From Candidatus Latescibacterota bacterium (GTDB lineage Bacteria > Latescibacterota > UBA2968): DNA of 64,000 nt. Each line of letters starts with the position of its first letter. The stretch's first letter is position 1. The DNA lies in NCBI GenBank assembly GCA_965198115.1, contig OZ240241.1:1920001-1984000 (forward strand), in the 5' to 3' direction. This document shows positions 33,799-46,867 of the stretch, piece by piece. Made by a program: the position numbers and the translations under genes. A model generated the notes under the pieces. The model saw nothing but the letters and a program-made list of their open reading frames with translations. It did not search any database and had not been told where the DNA came from.

Positions 33799-33808
33799 AT
33801 CGCCCTCC

Positions 33809-34150
33809 TTACGCGTCGTCGGAAACGACGAGTGTGATGTGACTCATCCGTTTGAGGATGTGACCCGCCGCGCCGCGTGGCATCGGACGGATTCGCTTGA
33901 ACGCGATGCCTCCGTCGACGAAGGCTTCTTTCACGTAGAGGTCCTCTTCGTTGGCCGCGTCTTCTTCCCGGTTCAACGCGTTGGCCACGGCCGACCGTAG
34001 CGTCTTCTCGACCAGTCGGGCAGCCTTCTTTGGCGTGAACCGAAGAATGTTCAGGGCCTCGTCCACGGCTTTGCCCCTCACCAGGTCCACGACCTGGCGG
34101 GTCTTTCGCGGCGAGATCTTCGCGTATTTGAGGACGGCTCGTGCTTCCAT
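33809..34150 (-). CDS. rplV: 50S ribosomal protein L22
   Basis: ISPRKTR, SAVANA, KRMSHIT. Confidence 0.96.
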   Translation of the reverse strand: MEARAVLKYAKISPRKTRQVVDLVRGKAVDEALNILRFTPKKAARLVEKTLRSAVANALNREEDAANEEDLYVKEAFVDGGIAFKRIRPMPRGAAGHILKRMSHITLVVSDDA

Positions 34151-34160
34151 TTCTTGCTGC

Positions 34161-34448
34161 CTACTTGAGTGCCGTGGACCGCTCGGTGATCTGCCCGCCG
34201 TGTCCGCGATACGTACGGGTCGGGGCGAATTCACCCAGCTTATGACCGACCATATTCTCCGTCACGTAAACCGGAATGAACTTGTTGCCGTTGTGTACGG
34301 CGAGCGTGTGTCCCACAAACTCAGGCGAAATCGTCGACCGCCGCGCCCACGTTTGAATCACACGCTTGTCGCCGCTCTTGTTCATCGCTTCGATTTTTCT
34401 GTGAACACTGGGGTCGATGTAAGGACCCTTCTTGATCGATCTCGACAT
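34161..34448 (-). CDS. rpsS: 30S ribosomal protein S19
   Basis: [19 protein letters not shown]. Confidence 0.97.
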   Translation of the reverse strand: MSRSIKKGPYIDPSVHRKIEAMNKSGDKRVIQTWARRSTISPEFVGHTLAVHNGNKFIPVYVTENMVGHKLGEFAPTRTYRGHGGQITERSTALK

Positions 34449-34460
34449 GGTCCGCTCCCG

Positions 34461-35282
34461 TTACCCTCGTCGCCGCACGATATACTTGCTCGACTTCTTC
34501 TTCTTCTTTCTCGTGATGTAGCCCTTCGTCGGCTGGCCCCAGGGGGTCACGGGGTGACCGCCTCCCGTCGCGCGTCCCTCCCCACCGCCGTGCGGGTGAT
34601 CGACAGGATTCATGGCGACACCCCGCACCTTGGGTCGCCTGCCCAGCCAACGAGCACGACCCGCCTTCCCGATCACGATGTTCTCGTGATCCGTGTTCCC
34701 GACCTGCCCGACCGTGGCATAGCACGTCAGGCGAACGAGACGCATCTCACCCGAGGGCATCCTCAGCTGTGCAAAGTCGCCCTCTTTGGCCATGATTCGA
34801 ATTTCTGCACCCGCGGAGCGGCCGATCTGGCCACCCCGCCCCGGCTGCAGCTCGACGTTGTGCACCGCCGTCCCGTCCGGAATCTTTCCGAGCGGGAGGG
34901 CGTTGCCGACACGAATGTCGGCGTCGGGACCCGACACCACGGTCGTTCCGACCCTCAGCCCCAGCGGCGCAATGATGTAGCGCTTTTCGCCATCGACGTA
35001 GTGCAGCAGGGCAATGCGAGCCGAGCGATTGGGATCGTATTCAATCGCAGCCACCTTCGCGGGCACACCGACCTTGTTCCGCCTGAAGTCGATCTTACGA
35101 TAGTGCTTACGGTGCCCGCCCCCACGATGACGCGATGTCACGCGACCGTGGTTGTTGCGTCCCCCGGATTTCTTCTTCGTGCCGAGCAGCGCCTTTTCCG
35201 GTGTCGACTTCGTCACATCCTCGAACGTCGATACCGTCTTGAAGCGGAGGGACGGGGTCGTGGGGCGGAAAGATTTGGCCAT
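34461..35282 (-). CDS. rplB: 50S ribosomal protein L2
   Basis: [23 protein letters not shown]. Confidence 0.98.
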   Translation of the reverse strand: MAKSFRPTTPSLRFKTVSTFEDVTKSTPEKALLGTKKKSGGRNNHGRVTSRHRGGGHRKHYRKIDFRRNKVGVPAKVAAIEYDPNRSARIALLHYVDGEKRYIIAPLGLRVGTTVVSGPDADIRVGNALPLGKIPDGTAVHNVELQPGRGGQIGRSAGAEIRIMAKEGDFAQLRMPSGEMRLVRLTCYATVGQVGNTDHENIVIGKAGRARWLGRRPKVRGVAMNPVDHPHGGGEGRATGGGHPVTPWGQPTKGYITRKKKKKSSKYIVRRRG

Positions 35283-35295
35283 GGCTTCCGGAATC

Positions 35296-35583
35296 CTAGC
35301 TTTCGAAGTACTCGATGCTCTGACCGTCTGCGAGCGTCACGACGGCTTTCTTCCAGTCCGGGCGACGACCCACGAACCGCCCGAGTCGCTTGACCTTCCC
35401 GTGGACGCCGCTCGTGTTCACCTTCACGACGTTCACGTCGAAGAGCACCTCGACGGCGCGCTTGACGTCGATCTTGTTCGCGGCACGGTCGACTTCGAAC
35501 AGATACTTGTTCTCCGACTCTTGGAGGGTGGTGGCCCGCTCGGTGATGATCGGACGCCGAATGACACGTCGAGAGGATTTCAC
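35296..35583 (-). CDS. rplW: 50S ribosomal protein L23
   Basis: [14 protein letters not shown]. Confidence 0.95.
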   Translation of the reverse strand: MKSSRRVIRRPIITERATTLQESENKYLFEVDRAANKIDVKRAVEVLFDVNVVKVNTSGVHGKVKRLGRFVGRRPDWKKAVVTLADGQSIEYFES

Positions 35584-36212
35584 GAAACACCCCAAATCGA
35601 CTGTGCGCGATCGAGCGCACCCTGAGTGAAAATCACCGCATCCGCGAGCAGGACATCGTAGGCGCACACCTGGCCGACGGGTCGGACCTCCAACCCCCTG
35701 ATATTCCGGCACGACTTGGCCACGTTGGCATCGGGCTCGTCCGTCAGCAGCAGCGCCCGAGCGTTGTCCACTTCGATGGCCCGCGTCATCCCCGCGATCC
35801 TACGCGTCTGCGGCGCATCGAGCGTGATGTTCTCCACCACCTTCACGGCCCCAGTGCTGGCCTTGAGCGACAACGCCGACTTCAACGCAAGCTGACGCAC
35901 CTTCTTGGGTAGTCGCTCCTGACAAAACTGCGGTTGAGGCCCGTGCGCGACCCCACCACCAACACGGATCGGCGACGACGCAGACCCGGCCCGGGATCGT
36001 CCTGTCCCCTTTTGACGATACAGCTTCCGCTTCGTGAGGAACACCTCACCCCGTGTCTTCGTTGCCGACGTTCCCTGCCTCTGGTTTGTCCGGTAAGCTC
36101 TGACGGCCTGGTAGATCGCGCCTTCCGAAGGCTCCACGCCGAACACGCCGTCGTCCAAATCGGCCTTCCCCACCACTTTACCGTCCAGATTGTGTATGTC
36201 TACGGTCGCCAT
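35580..36212 (-). CDS. rplD: 50S ribosomal protein L4
   Basis: RQGTSATKTR, RQKGTGR. Confidence 0.96.
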   Translation of the reverse strand: MATVDIHNLDGKVVGKADLDDGVFGVEPSEGAIYQAVRAYRTNQRQGTSATKTRGEVFLTKRKLYRQKGTGRSRAGSASSPIRVGGGVAHGPQPQFCQERLPKKVRQLALKSALSLKASTGAVKVVENITLDAPQTRRIAGMTRAIEVDNARALLLTDEPDANVAKSCRNIRGLEVRPVGQVCAYDVLLADAVIFTQGALDRAQSIWGVS

Positions 36213-36226
36213 CGCCCTTTCTCGTC

Positions 36227-36853
36227 CTATGACGATCGCTTGTGAATCACGAGCGTCGCACCACGGCCGCCGGGGACGCTTCCCCTCACAAGCAGCAGGT
36301 TCTTGTCCGGGTCGGTGCCGAACACCGTCAGACCCCGAACCGTCACGTTCCGGTCGCCCATGTGCCCGGCCATGCGAATCCCTTTCATGACGCGAGAAGG
36401 CGTCGAGCTTTGACCGATCGACCCGGGTGAACGGTGTCGATCCGATTGACCGTGGGTCTTGGGACCCCCTTTAAAACCGTGCCGCTTCACACCCCCGGCG
36501 AACCCTCGACCCTTCGAACGGGCCGAGACATCGACCGTGTCACCCGACTCGAAAACCTCGACGTTCAGCACGTCCCCGACCCCGTGATCGGACCCGCCAT
36601 CGAGTCGAAACTCCTTCAACACTCGGTGCGGGCCGACACCGGCTTTGGCAAAGATTCCGCCGGCCGGCTTCGAGATCCGCTGTGATTTCACCTCGTCGAA
36701 GGCCACTTTGAGGGCGCTGTAACCATCCGTGTCTTGCGTCTTGACCTGAACGACGGGGCACGGCCCCGCCTGGATGACGGTGATCATCGTCAGATTCTCG
36801 TTCTCGTCGAAAACCTGGGTCACGCCGACTTTTTTCCCGATCAAACCGAGCAC
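36227..36853 (-). CDS. rplC: 50S ribosomal protein L3
   Basis: SKGRGFAG, PGSIGQ, MAGHMG. Confidence 0.97.
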   Translation of the reverse strand: MLGLIGKKVGVTQVFDENENLTMITVIQAGPCPVVQVKTQDTDGYSALKVAFDEVKSQRISKPAGGIFAKAGVGPHRVLKEFRLDGGSDHGVGDVLNVEVFESGDTVDVSARSKGRGFAGGVKRHGFKGGPKTHGQSDRHRSPGSIGQSSTPSRVMKGIRMAGHMGDRNVTVRGLTVFGTDPDKNLLLVRGSVPGGRGATLVIHKRSS

Positions 36854-36857
36854 GACG

Positions 36858-37166
36858 TCACACCTTGATTTCGATGTCGATACCGGCGGGCAGATCGAGC
36901 TTCATCAGCGCGTCAACCGTTTGCGGTGTCGAGTTGTGAATGTCGATCAGACGCTTGTGCACCTTCATCTGGAACTGCTCGCGCGACTTCTTGTAAACGT
37001 GGGGCGATCGCAGCACCGTGTAGAGCGACCGCTTCGTCGGCAGAGGAATGGGTCCCGAAATGAGGGCGCCCGTCCGCTTCGCCGTCCGAACGATATCGTC
37101 GGCCGAACGATCCAGCGCCAGGTGGTCGTAAGCTTTCAGTCGGATTCGGATCTTTTGTGCCGGCAC
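36858..37166 (-). CDS. rpsJ: 30S ribosomal protein S10
   Basis: [22 protein letters not shown]. Confidence 0.97.
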   Translation of the reverse strand: MPAQKIRIRLKAYDHLALDRSADDIVRTAKRTGALISGPIPLPTKRSLYTVLRSPHVYKKSREQFQMKVHKRLIDIHNSTPQTVDALMKLDLPAGIDIEIKV

Positions 37167-37181
37167 GCGCTTCTCCTAACG

Positions 37182-38375
<1,194 letters not shown>

Positions 38376-38402
38376 CTCTTGATTCCTCCTGTCGAGCCCT
38401 AA

Positions 38403-39515
38403 GTGCATGGTTTCATAAATATTATTACGTATGTCCTGAACATTATTTGTAGCTTATGTTCTCCTTCAAAAGGAGGAGAACAATGCCAAGACGTTCGCCT
38501 TATGTGGTGCTACTGTCTGAGAAGGAACGGGTCGACCTCGAGCGAATGGCTGGACAATATACGTTACCGTATTATCAAGTGATCCGATCGAAAATCGTGC
38601 TTCTCGCCGCCGAGGGATTATCCAACAAGATTATCGCCCAACGGTTGGATGTCCCGCGTCCGATCGTAAGCAAATGGCGTAAGCGCTTTTTCGAAGAGCG
38701 TCTTTCGGGACTCGAAGATAGATCTCGTCCCGGGCGCCCGCCCGGTTTTCCCCCCTCAGGTGGTCGTTCAGATCAAGGCGCTGGCGTGTGAACTACCGAG
38801 CGAGAGCGGGATACCGCTCTCGCGGTCCAGCTGTTCCGAGATTGCCGCCGAGGCAGTGCAAAGGGGCTTCGTTGCCAAGATCAGCGGCGCCACTGTCTGG
38901 CGCTGGTTGAACGAGGACGCGATTCGTCCTTGGTATCATCGCTCCTGGATTTTCCCACGGGACCCGGACTTCCAAACCAAAGCAGGTAGAGTCCTTGATC
39001 TGTATCACCGCCAATGGCAAGGAAAGCCTTTAGGGCCGAGGGAATATGTACTTTCTGCCGACGAAAAGACCAGTCTTCTTCGGGTATCGAGCCCTTCAAC
39101 CGGCTCCTGAGCCTGATCATGAGCCGGAAACCCTATTGCTCGGCAAAGAAAGTCTACCTCATCGTGGATAATGGCTCCTCGCACCGAGGGCAAACATGCA
39201 TCGACCGTATCCAGGGGAAGTGGCCAAACATCCACCCCGTTCACCTTCCGATCCACGCAAGCTGGCTCAATCAGATCGAGATCTACTTCTCGATCCTCAA
39301 ACGCAAGGCTCTGACACCTATCGAATTTGCATCGCTCGAAGAGCTTGAGGCAAGAATCCTCGGTTTTCAGGAACGCTACGGACGTATCGCCACACCCTTC
39401 AAATGGAAGTTCACACGAACAGATCTCGCGGAGATGATCGACAAACTCAGGTTCTACGATACGCCCTTGGCAAAGTCTGCTTAGAATACGTCACCGTATT
39501 TGAGAACAGGAGTAC
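38403..39515 (+). mobile_element. IS630-family insertion sequence (1113 bp), internally deleted
   Basis: Imperfect terminal inverted repeats (GTGCATGGTTTCATAAATA... / GTACTCCTGTTCTCAAATA...); flanked by TAA direct repeats; lower GC than the surroundings. Confidence 0.88.
38483..39484 (+). pseudogene. IS630 transposase in three frames
   Basis: HTH N-terminus, frame change at TTTTCCCCCC (~38746), DDE motifs SADEKT / VDNGSSH / WLNQIE; segment missing near 39073. Confidence 0.85.
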
Positions 39516-39574
39516 TAAGTCAGGGTGGCTCGCCACCCGCTTTGAGAGTTGCTCTTCGCTATGATTCAGGGCGC

Positions 39575-41668
39575 TTACGCACTCGCGCGAAGCGCCCCCA
39601 CTTTGGACATGATCTCTTCAGCTACGCTGTTGGGTACTTCCTGGAATTTGGAAAACTCCATCGAGTAGATCGCGCGCCCCTGAGTCACCGAGCGAAGGGT
39701 CGTGGCATATCCGAACATTTCGCAAAGAGGAACGCTGGCCGAAATAACCTGTGCATCGGCGCGGCTGTTCATGCCTTCGATGTGCCCTCGCCGCGAGTTC
39801 AGATCACCCATGACGTCGCCCATGTACTCTTCGGGCACGACGACTTCGACATTCATGATCGGTTCGAGCAGATACGGGTTTGCCTTCCGGGCACCCTCCC
39901 GAAACGCCATCGATCCGGCCACCCGGAAAGCCATCTCCGAAGAATCGACGTCGTGATACGACCCGTCGATCAACGAGACCTCCACGTCTTCGAACGGGTA
40001 CCCCGCCAGCACACCACCGGTCATGGCGTCCTGAATGCCATTTCGAACCGATGGAATGTATTCCTGGGGAATCTTGCCACCGACGATCTTGTTCTCGAAC
40101 GTGAGGCCGGTTCCCGATTCTCCAGGGCCCATTTCGATCACGACGTGACCGTACTGGCCGCGACCGCCCGTCTGGCGTACGAAACGACCTTCGATCTCGA
40201 CCGTTTTTCGGATCGACTCCTTGTAGGTTACCTGCGGTCTTCCGACCGTGGCCTCGACCTTGAATTCGCGTAAAAGTCGGTCGACGATGATCTCCAGGTG
40301 GAGCTCGCCCATGCCAGAAATGATCGTCTGGCCCGTGTCTTCGTCCGTGTGCACCTGGAAAGTCGGGTCCTCCTCAGCGAGCTTGGCCAGCGCACCTCCC
40401 AATGAATCCTGATCGGCCTTGGTCTTGGGTTCGATGGCGACCGAAATGACGGGAGCCGCGAATTCCATCGACTCTAGAATGACCGGTGCATCCTCCACAC
40501 ACAGCGTCTCTCCCGTCCCCGTATCCATGAGACCGACCACGGCGGCGATGTCACCGGTGTGGACTTGGTCGATTTCCTCGCGCTTGTTCGCGTGCATCTG
40601 GAGCATCCGACCGATGCGTTCACGTTTTCCTTTGTTGCTGTTAGCCACGTAGGATCCGGCCTTGAGCGTCCCCGAATACACGCGGAAGTAGGTCAATCGG
40701 CCCACGTAGGGATCGGTCATGACCTTGAAAGCCAGAGATGAGAACGGCGCGTCGTCGTCGATGTCGCGGACGAGAGGCTCGCTCGTTTTAGGATCGTATC
40801 CCTCGACCGCGGGGATATCGGCCGGCGAAGGCAGGTAGTCGACGATTCCGTCCAGCAAACGCTGGACGCCTTTGTTCTTGAAGGCCGAGCCGCAAAACAC
40901 GGCCACTGCCATCCCTGCCACGACAGCCTGTCGAAGCGCAGTCTTGATCTCCTCTTCGGCGACGTCTTCGCCGTCGAGGAACTTTTCCATCAGCGTGTCA
41001 TCGAAATCCGAAACCGACTCGAGGAGCTTTTCCCGATACGTGTTGGCCTCGTCTTTGAGGTCGTGGGGAATGTCGTCTTCGGTAAACTTCACACCCAGCG
41101 GATCCTCCTGGTAGGACACCAGACGCATCCTGACCAGATCGATCAACCCCGTGAACAACTCCCCCGAGCCGACGGGGATCTGAACCGGCACGAAGTTCGA
41201 GCCAAGACGATCGCGCATCATCTCCAGGACCCGAAAGAAATCGGCCCCGGTTCGGTCCATTTTGTTGACGAACGCGATTCGGGGCACGTGGTACTTGTCG
41301 GCCTGACGCCAGACGGTCTCCGACTGCGGCTCTACGCCGCCGACCGCGCAAAAGACGCCGACCGCCCCGTCGAGCACCCTGAGCGAACGCTCGACCTCCG
41401 CCGTAAAATCGACGTGTCCGGGCGTGTCGATGATGTTGATGCGATGATCGTTCCAGAAGCACGTCGTCGCGGCCGACGTGATCGTGATCCCACGCTCACG
41501 TTCCTGCTGCATCCAGTCCATCGTCGCCGCACCGTCGTGCACTTCGCCCATGCGGTGCAGTACGCCCGTATAGTAGAGGATGCGCTCGGTCGTCGTCGTC
41601 TTGCCGGCATCGATATGCGCCATGATGCCGATGTTCCGAATGCGCTCTAGGTCGATCGATCTTGGCAT
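39575..41668 (-). CDS. fusA: Elongation factor G
   Basis: [28 protein letters not shown]. Confidence 0.99.
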   Translation of the reverse strand: MPRSIDLERIRNIGIMAHIDAGKTTTTERILYYTGVLHRMGEVHDGAATMDWMQQERERGITITSAATTCFWNDHRINIIDTPGHVDFTAEVERSLRVLDGAVGVFCAVGGVEPQSETVWRQADKYHVPRIAFVNKMDRTGADFFRVLEMMRDRLGSNFVPVQIPVGSGELFTGLIDLVRMRLVSYQEDPLGVKFTEDDIPHDLKDEANTYREKLLESVSDFDDTLMEKFLDGEDVAEEEIKTALRQAVVAGMAVAVFCGSAFKNKGVQRLLDGIVDYLPSPADIPAVEGYDPKTSEPLVRDIDDDAPFSSLAFKVMTDPYVGRLTYFRVYSGTLKAGSYVANSNKGKRERIGRMLQMHANKREEIDQVHTGDIAAVVGLMDTGTGETLCVEDAPVILESMEFAAPVISVAIEPKTKADQDSLGGALAKLAEEDPTFQVHTDEDTGQTIISGMGELHLEIIVDRLLREFKVEATVGRPQVTYKESIRKTVEIEGRFVRQTGGRGQYGHVVIEMGPGESGTGLTFENKIVGGKIPQEYIPSVRNGIQDAMTGGVLAGYPFEDVEVSLIDGSYHDVDSSEMAFRVAGSMAFREGARKANPYLLEPIMNVEVVVPEEYMGDVMGDLNSRRGHIEGMNSRADAQVISASVPLCEMFGYATTLRSVTQGRAIYSMEFSKFQEVPNSVAEEIMSKVGALRASA

Positions 41669-41700
41669 TCTAAGCGTCTCCGCCTCGCCCCTGCCTCCCG

Positions 41701-42171
41701 TTACCACCGGTAGTGTGCGAATGCCCGGTTGGCTTCGGCCATCCGGTGCGTCTCTTCCTTCCGCTGAATCGACCGCCCCTGGCCGCTCGAGGCATCCATC
41801 AGCTCCCCTGCCAGTTTCTGCGCCATCGTCTTTTCGCCACGCTGACGCGCGAACAGAATCAACCACCGGATCGACAGCGCCAGTCTTTCGTCCTGACGCA
41901 CCTCGACCGGAATCTGATAGGTCTGCCCGCCCACGCGCCGAGATCGCACGTGAATCATGGGCTTCACACTGTCGACGGCCTTCTCGAACACTTCCAGGCC
42001 TTCGTTTCCGGACCGCTCTTTGATGATGTCGAACGCATCGTAGATGATGCGCTCGCCGGTGCTCTTTTTGCCTTTCTTGAACAGGCAATTCACGAACTGG
42101 GTCACGAGCACGCTGTGGTGCTTCGGGTCCGGAAAGGGCGGTCGCTTACCGCCGCGACGTTTTCGAGCCAT
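41701..42171 (-). CDS. rpsG: 30S ribosomal protein S7
   Basis: [26 protein letters not shown]. Confidence 0.97.
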   Translation of the reverse strand: MARKRRGGKRPPFPDPKHHSVLVTQFVNCLFKKGKKSTGERIIYDAFDIIKERSGNEGLEVFEKAVDSVKPMIHVRSRRVGGQTYQIPVEVRQDERLALSIRWLILFARQRGEKTMAQKLAGELMDASSGQGRSIQRKEETHRMAEANRAFAHYRW

Positions 42172-42265
42172 TGCTTTCCTCACACTAAGGGGGACTCGTG
42201 CAGCCTCGCTGCAGCGTCCCCCTCGTTATCCTGAAAAACCGACCGGGCCCAAGGCCTCTATTCGA

Positions 42266-42637
42266 TCAGTTCGGCGCTTTGGCCCCGTATTTTGAACGAC
42301 CCTGTCGTCGGTCGGAAACACCCGTCGTGTCGAGAACACCACGCACGATGTGATACCTCACCGAAGGGAGGTCCTTCACGCGACCCCCACGAATCAACAC
42401 GACCGAGTGCTCCTGCAGGTTGTGACCTTCGCCCGGGATGTAGGCCGTGACCTCCATTCCGTTCGTCAGCCGCACGCGAGCCACCTTGCGCAAAGCGGAA
42501 TTCGGCTTTTTTGGTGTGGTCGTGTAGACACGCGTGCAGACGCCACGCTTTTGCGGGCACCCCCTGAGCGCAGGAGCTGTGGATCGCTTCGGCTTTTCCC
42601 GTCGCCCCTTTCGGACGAGTTGGTTGATCGTGGGCAA
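42266..42637 (-). CDS. rpsL: 30S ribosomal protein S12
   Basis: [19 protein letters not shown]; TTG start. Confidence 0.97.
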   Translation of the reverse strand: MPTINQLVRKGRREKPKRSTAPALRGCPQKRGVCTRVYTTTPKKPNSALRKVARVRLTNGMEVTAYIPGEGHNLQEHSVVLIRGGRVKDLPSVRYHIVRGVLDTTGVSDRRQGRSKYGAKAPN

Positions 42638-42673
42638 ACACAATCTCCTTAGGATTTCTTATGGGAGACTTCC

Positions 42674-42702
42674 AATATATAAGTTAGGTTCCTGACTGTC
42701 AA
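42674..42702 (-). promoter_or_regulatory. sigma70 promoter of the str operon
   Basis: TTGACA-17 bp-TATATT. Confidence 0.75.
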
Positions 42703-42730
42703 GCGATTCCTCCGAGCCCGAATCTCGCTT

Positions 42731-45700
42731 CTACGCGTTGATTGGGGGTAGTCCGACACTCTCGGCGACCTCCTCTTCCTGCTCTGGCAACACCGGCTCC
42801 TCGTCGAGAGGCTTGGCCTCGATCGAGCGGTAGGCTTCCGCACCCGTGCCGGCTGGAATCAGGTGACCGATGATCACGTTTTCTTTCAAACCGAGCAACC
42901 GGTCCACCTTGCCCTGTACCGCCGCTTCGGTCAGGACGCGCGTCGTCTCCTGGAAAGAGGCCGCGGAAATGAAGCTCTCGGTCATCAGCGAAGCTTTTGT
43001 GATGCCGAGCAGAACCGGCTCGAACGTCGCAGGATCTCCACCCTCCTCGATCACCTTGTCGTTCTCGTCGCGGAACCGGAACCGGTCGACGATCTCCCCC
43101 TCCAGGAAGTTCGTGTCACCAGGATCGGTTACCTGAACCTTTTGCAGCATCTGCCGGACGACCGTCTCGATGTGTTTGTCGTCGATCTTCACACCCTGAA
43201 GCAGGTAGACGGCCTGAATCTCGCTAACCAGATACTCCTGGACCTTCTGAATACCCTGAATCCGCAGGATATCGTGCGGAATGACCGATCCCTCGGACAG
43301 ACGTTCACCCGCCAGGACTCGATCTCCCTCCTGAACCCGTAAGTGCTTGCCATACGGAATCGTATACTTGCGCTCCTCGCCGTCGTCCGACGTCACGTGG
43401 ACCACACGGGAACCCCGGACCAGACCCCCGAAGCTGACCGTGCCGTCGATCTCGGACACCACCGCAGGGTCCTTGGGCCGGCGAGCCTCGAACAGCTCGG
43501 CCACACGCGGCAAACCCCCGGTGATGTCTCGTGTTTTGCTGCGCTCGCGCGAGATCTTGGCCAGCGTATCTCCCGATTCGACTGCCTGGCCGTCGTGGAC
43601 AACCAGCCTGGCCCCGAGTGGCAGGATATATTGTCCGAGCTCCTCGCCCGACTTGCCGACCACGACGATTCTGGGCGACAGGGTCCGGTCTCTGTGTTCG
43701 ACGACGACCTGCGCGGCCATGCCCGTCGTCTCGTCCGCCTCTTCGCGGTAGGTGACGCCCTCGACCAGGTCCACGAACTGAAGGGTACCGGTCTGGAGCG
43801 TGAGGATGTTGTTGTTGTAGGGATCCCATTCGTAGAGCACACCGTCACCATCGACGTGATCACCATCCTCGACGCGCAAGATCGCCCCGAACGGCACGTG
43901 ATAGTGCCCGCCACGGGGTCGGCCCTGGTCGTCCTGAACCTCGATCTCGCCGTTGCGCGTGATCACAACCGAGCGGCCATCCCCTCGCTCTGCAACACGA
44001 AGGTTCTTGAACAGAACCGTGCCCTCGCGCTTCGCTGTGATCTCGGCCTGTTCGGCGATGCGGCTCGACGTGCCGCCGATGTGGAAGGTTCGTAGCGTCA
44101 GCTGCGTACCGGGTTCGCCCACGCTCTGCGCGGCGATGACACCCACGGCTTCACCCGTATCGACGATCCTGCCGGTCGCCGGATTCCGCCCGTAGCACTT
44201 GGCACAGACGCCACGGCGTGTTTCACACGTGAGCACCGACCGGACGAAAACGGTCTCGACACCGGCGTCGGCGATCTTGGCGGCCAGCGCCTGGTCCAGC
44301 AACGTGCCGGCATCGACGATCACCTCGTTCGAAATCGGGTCGAAGACGTCGTCCTGCACGGTACGCCCCACGATCCGATCGGCCAACGACTCGACGATCT
44401 CTTCGCCGTCCTTCAGGGCCGTCATTTCGATTCCGAGGATCGTTCCGCAGTCGTCTTCGGTGATGACCATGTCCTGCGCCACATCGACCATTCGGCGCGT
44501 CAGATACCCGGCCTCGGCGGTTTTGAGCGCCGTATCGGCCAGACCCTTTCTCGCGCCGTGGGTTGAAATGAAATACTCGAGGACGTTCAGGCCCTCCTTG
44601 AACGAGGCGATGATCGGCGTCTCGATAATCTCGCCGATCGCCCCCGTCAGCTTCTTTTGGGGTTTGTTCATCAGACCCCGCATACCGCCCAGCTGTTTGA
44701 CCTGATCGTCGCTGCCGCGGGCCTTGGAGTCCTTCATGATGTAAATCGGATTAAACCCATCCTGATCCTTCTCCAGGACCTCGTTCATCACCATGGCGAT
44801 GTTGTTCGTCGTATGCTGCCAGACGTCGATCACCTTGTTGTAGCGCTCGCCCTCAGTGATCACGCCCATCGCATACTGATCCATGATCTTCCCGACTTCG
44901 GTCTTGGCCCGATCGATCAGCGTATCCTTCTGCGGCGGCACCACGACGTCTTCCATGGAGATCGTCAGTCCCGACCGGGTCGCGTACTCGTAGCCCAGAT
45001 CCTTCAACCCATCCAAGAAGTCGGCCGTTACACGGTTTCCGTAGGCCTTGTGAACGTCGCTCGACACGCGCACGATCACACCCTTGTCGACGACCTCGTT
45101 CACGTAGGGCACCTTTTCGGGAACGACGGAATTGAACACGACACGACCCGCCGTTGTGATCATCACCTCGCCCGCGATCCGGACTTTGATCGCCTCGTGA
45201 AGCGCGATCTGACCGTAGTCGTAGGCCATCAGGGCTTCGTCTTCCGACGCGAATGTCCGCAGCTGATCGTCCTCGCTTCCGTGGACGATCTTCGTCAGGT
45301 AGTAGCACCCCATGGCAATATCGTGAGGCTTGTCGACGACAACCGGGGACCCGTCGGCCGGCTTGAGCAGGTTGTTCGACGACAGCATCAGCAGACGCGC
45401 CTCGATCTGGGCCTCGAACGACAGCGGCACGTGAACCGCCATCTGGTCGCCATCGAAATCGGCATTGAACGCCGAACACACGAGCGGATGCACGCGGATC
45501 GCCTTGCCCTCGACAAGGACGGGCTGGAAGGCCTGGATACCCAGACGGTGGAGGGTCGGAGCCCGGTTCAGAAGGACGTAGTGGTCCTGGATGATTTCTT
45601 CCAGGATGTCCCATACCTCCAGGCGCTCGCGCTCGACCAGTTTTTTGGCGCTCTTGACAGTCTGAACGAGCCCCTTCTCCTCGAGTCGACGGATGATGAA

Positions 45701-46825
45701 CGGCTTGAACAGTTCGAGGGCCATGTGCTTGGGCAGCCCGCACTGGTGCAACCGCAAATGCGGGTCGACCACAATCACCGAGCGTCCAGAATAGTCGACG
45801 CGCTTCCCGAGCAGGTTTTGACGGAACCGGCCCTGCTTGCCCTTGAGAAGGTCCGAAAGCGATTTGAGCGAACGGTTTCCATCCCCACGAACGGCGCGCG
45901 ACCGACGACCGTTGTCGAACAACGCGTCGACGGCTTCCTGCAGCATGCGCTTCTCGTTCCGCAGGATGACCTCAGGCGCCTTGATGTCCATCAGCTTCTT
46001 CAGCCGGTTGTTTCGGTTGATCACACGTCGATACAGGTCGTTCAGGTCGGACGTGGCGAACCGCCCTCCCTCGAGCGGCACGAGGGGACGAAGATCCGGG
46101 GGAATCACCGGGATGACGTCCAGGACCATCCAGTCCGGACGGTTGTCCGACTGGCGAAACGCCTCGACCACCTTCAGTCGCTTCAGCGCTTCTTGTTTGC
46201 GCTGAACCGAGGTCTCCATGCGCGCTTGCGTGCGCAGCTCCGCCGACAGCTCTTCGATGTCGATCGAGCCGAAAAGGCGTTTTACGGCATCGGCACCCAT
46301 GTCGACTTTGAAGTTGTATCCCTTTTCCTGCAGGTCCATCACGTCATCTTCCGACAGGAGGTCCTTGAACTTCAAGTCGGGCGCATCTCCGGGATCGAGC
46401 ACGACATACGACTCGTAATAGATGACGCGTTCGAGATTGCGAATCGACATGTCGAGCAGGTAGCCCATGCGAGAAGGCAACGATTTGAAATACCAGATGT
46501 GCGTCACCGGTACGGCCAGCTCGATATGACCCAGACGCTCGCGACGCACCTTCGACTGCGTCACCTCCACGCCACAGCGATCGCAGACCACACCCCGGTA
46601 GCGGATGCGCTTATACTTTCCGCAATGGCATTCCCAGTCCTTGACCGGTCCGAAGATGCGCTCACAAAAGAGACCGTCACGCTCGGGCTTGAACGAGCGG
46701 TAGTTGATCGTCTCGGGCTTAGTCACCTCGCCGCGTGACCAGCTTCGAATGGTCTCCGGCGAAGCGAGCTGAATACGGATGCTGCTGAAGTCGGTGGGTC
46801 GCTTGGATGTATTCTGATCTGCCAC
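42731..46825 (-). CDS. rpoC: RNA polymerase beta' subunit
   Basis: [20 protein letters not shown]. Confidence 0.99.
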   Translation of the reverse strand: MADQNTSKRPTDFSSIRIQLASPETIRSWSRGEVTKPETINYRSFKPERDGLFCERIFGPVKDWECHCGKYKRIRYRGVVCDRCGVEVTQSKVRRERLGHIELAVPVTHIWYFKSLPSRMGYLLDMSIRNLERVIYYESYVVLDPGDAPDLKFKDLLSEDDVMDLQEKGYNFKVDMGADAVKRLFGSIDIEELSAELRTQARMETSVQRKQEALKRLKVVEAFRQSDNRPDWMVLDVIPVIPPDLRPLVPLEGGRFATSDLNDLYRRVINRNNRLKKLMDIKAPEVILRNEKRMLQEAVDALFDNGRRSRAVRGDGNRSLKSLSDLLKGKQGRFRQNLLGKRVDYSGRSVIVVDPHLRLHQCGLPKHMALELFKPFIIRRLEEKGLVQTVKSAKKLVERERLEVWDILEEIIQDHYVLLNRAPTLHRLGIQAFQPVLVEGKAIRVHPLVCSAFNADFDGDQMAVHVPLSFEAQIEARLLMLSSNNLLKPADGSPVVVDKPHDIAMGCYYLTKIVHGSEDDQLRTFASEDEALMAYDYGQIALHEAIKVRIAGEVMITTAGRVVFNSVVPEKVPYVNEVVDKGVIVRVSSDVHKAYGNRVTADFLDGLKDLGYEYATRSGLTISMEDVVVPPQKDTLIDRAKTEVGKIMDQYAMGVITEGERYNKVIDVWQHTTNNIAMVMNEVLEKDQDGFNPIYIMKDSKARGSDDQVKQLGGMRGLMNKPQKKLTGAIGEIIETPIIASFKEGLNVLEYFISTHGARKGLADTALKTAEAGYLTRRMVDVAQDMVITEDDCGTILGIEMTALKDGEEIVESLADRIVGRTVQDDVFDPISNEVIVDAGTLLDQALAAKIADAGVETVFVRSVLTCETRRGVCAKCYGRNPATGRIVDTGEAVGVIAAQSVGEPGTQLTLRTFHIGGTSSRIAEQAEITAKREGTVLFKNLRVAERGDGRSVVITRNGEIEVQDDQGRPRGGHYHVPFGAILRVEDGDHVDGDGVLYEWDPYNNNILTLQTGTLQFVDLVEGVTYREEADETTGMAAQVVVEHRDRTLSPRIVVVGKSGEELGQYILPLGARLVVHDGQAVESGDTLAKISRERSKTRDITGGLPRVAELFEARRPKDPAVVSEIDGTVSFGGLVRGSRVVHVTSDDGEERKYTIPYGKHLRVQEGDRVLAGERLSEGSVIPHDILRIQGIQKVQEYLVSEIQAVYLLQGVKIDDKHIETVVRQMLQKVQVTDPGDTNFLEGEIVDRFRFRDENDKVIEEGGDPATFEPVLLGITKASLMTESFISAASFQETTRVLTEAAVQGKVDRLLGLKENVIIGHLIPAGTGAEAYRSIEAKPLDEEPVLPEQEEEVAESVGLPPINA

Positions 46826-46867
46826 GTCAATCCCCCTTTAAGCGATCGTTGAATCGGTGTCCCGAAC

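Noticed and set aside
41669-42088. Apparent 140-aa N-terminal extension of EF-G in the ORF track
   Set aside because: It overlaps rpsG in another frame; the real start MPRSIDL has its own GGAG RBS
42184-42265. Hairpin in the rpsL-rpsG spacer as an S7 autoregulatory site
   Set aside because: Plausible by position, but no motif match that I can verify
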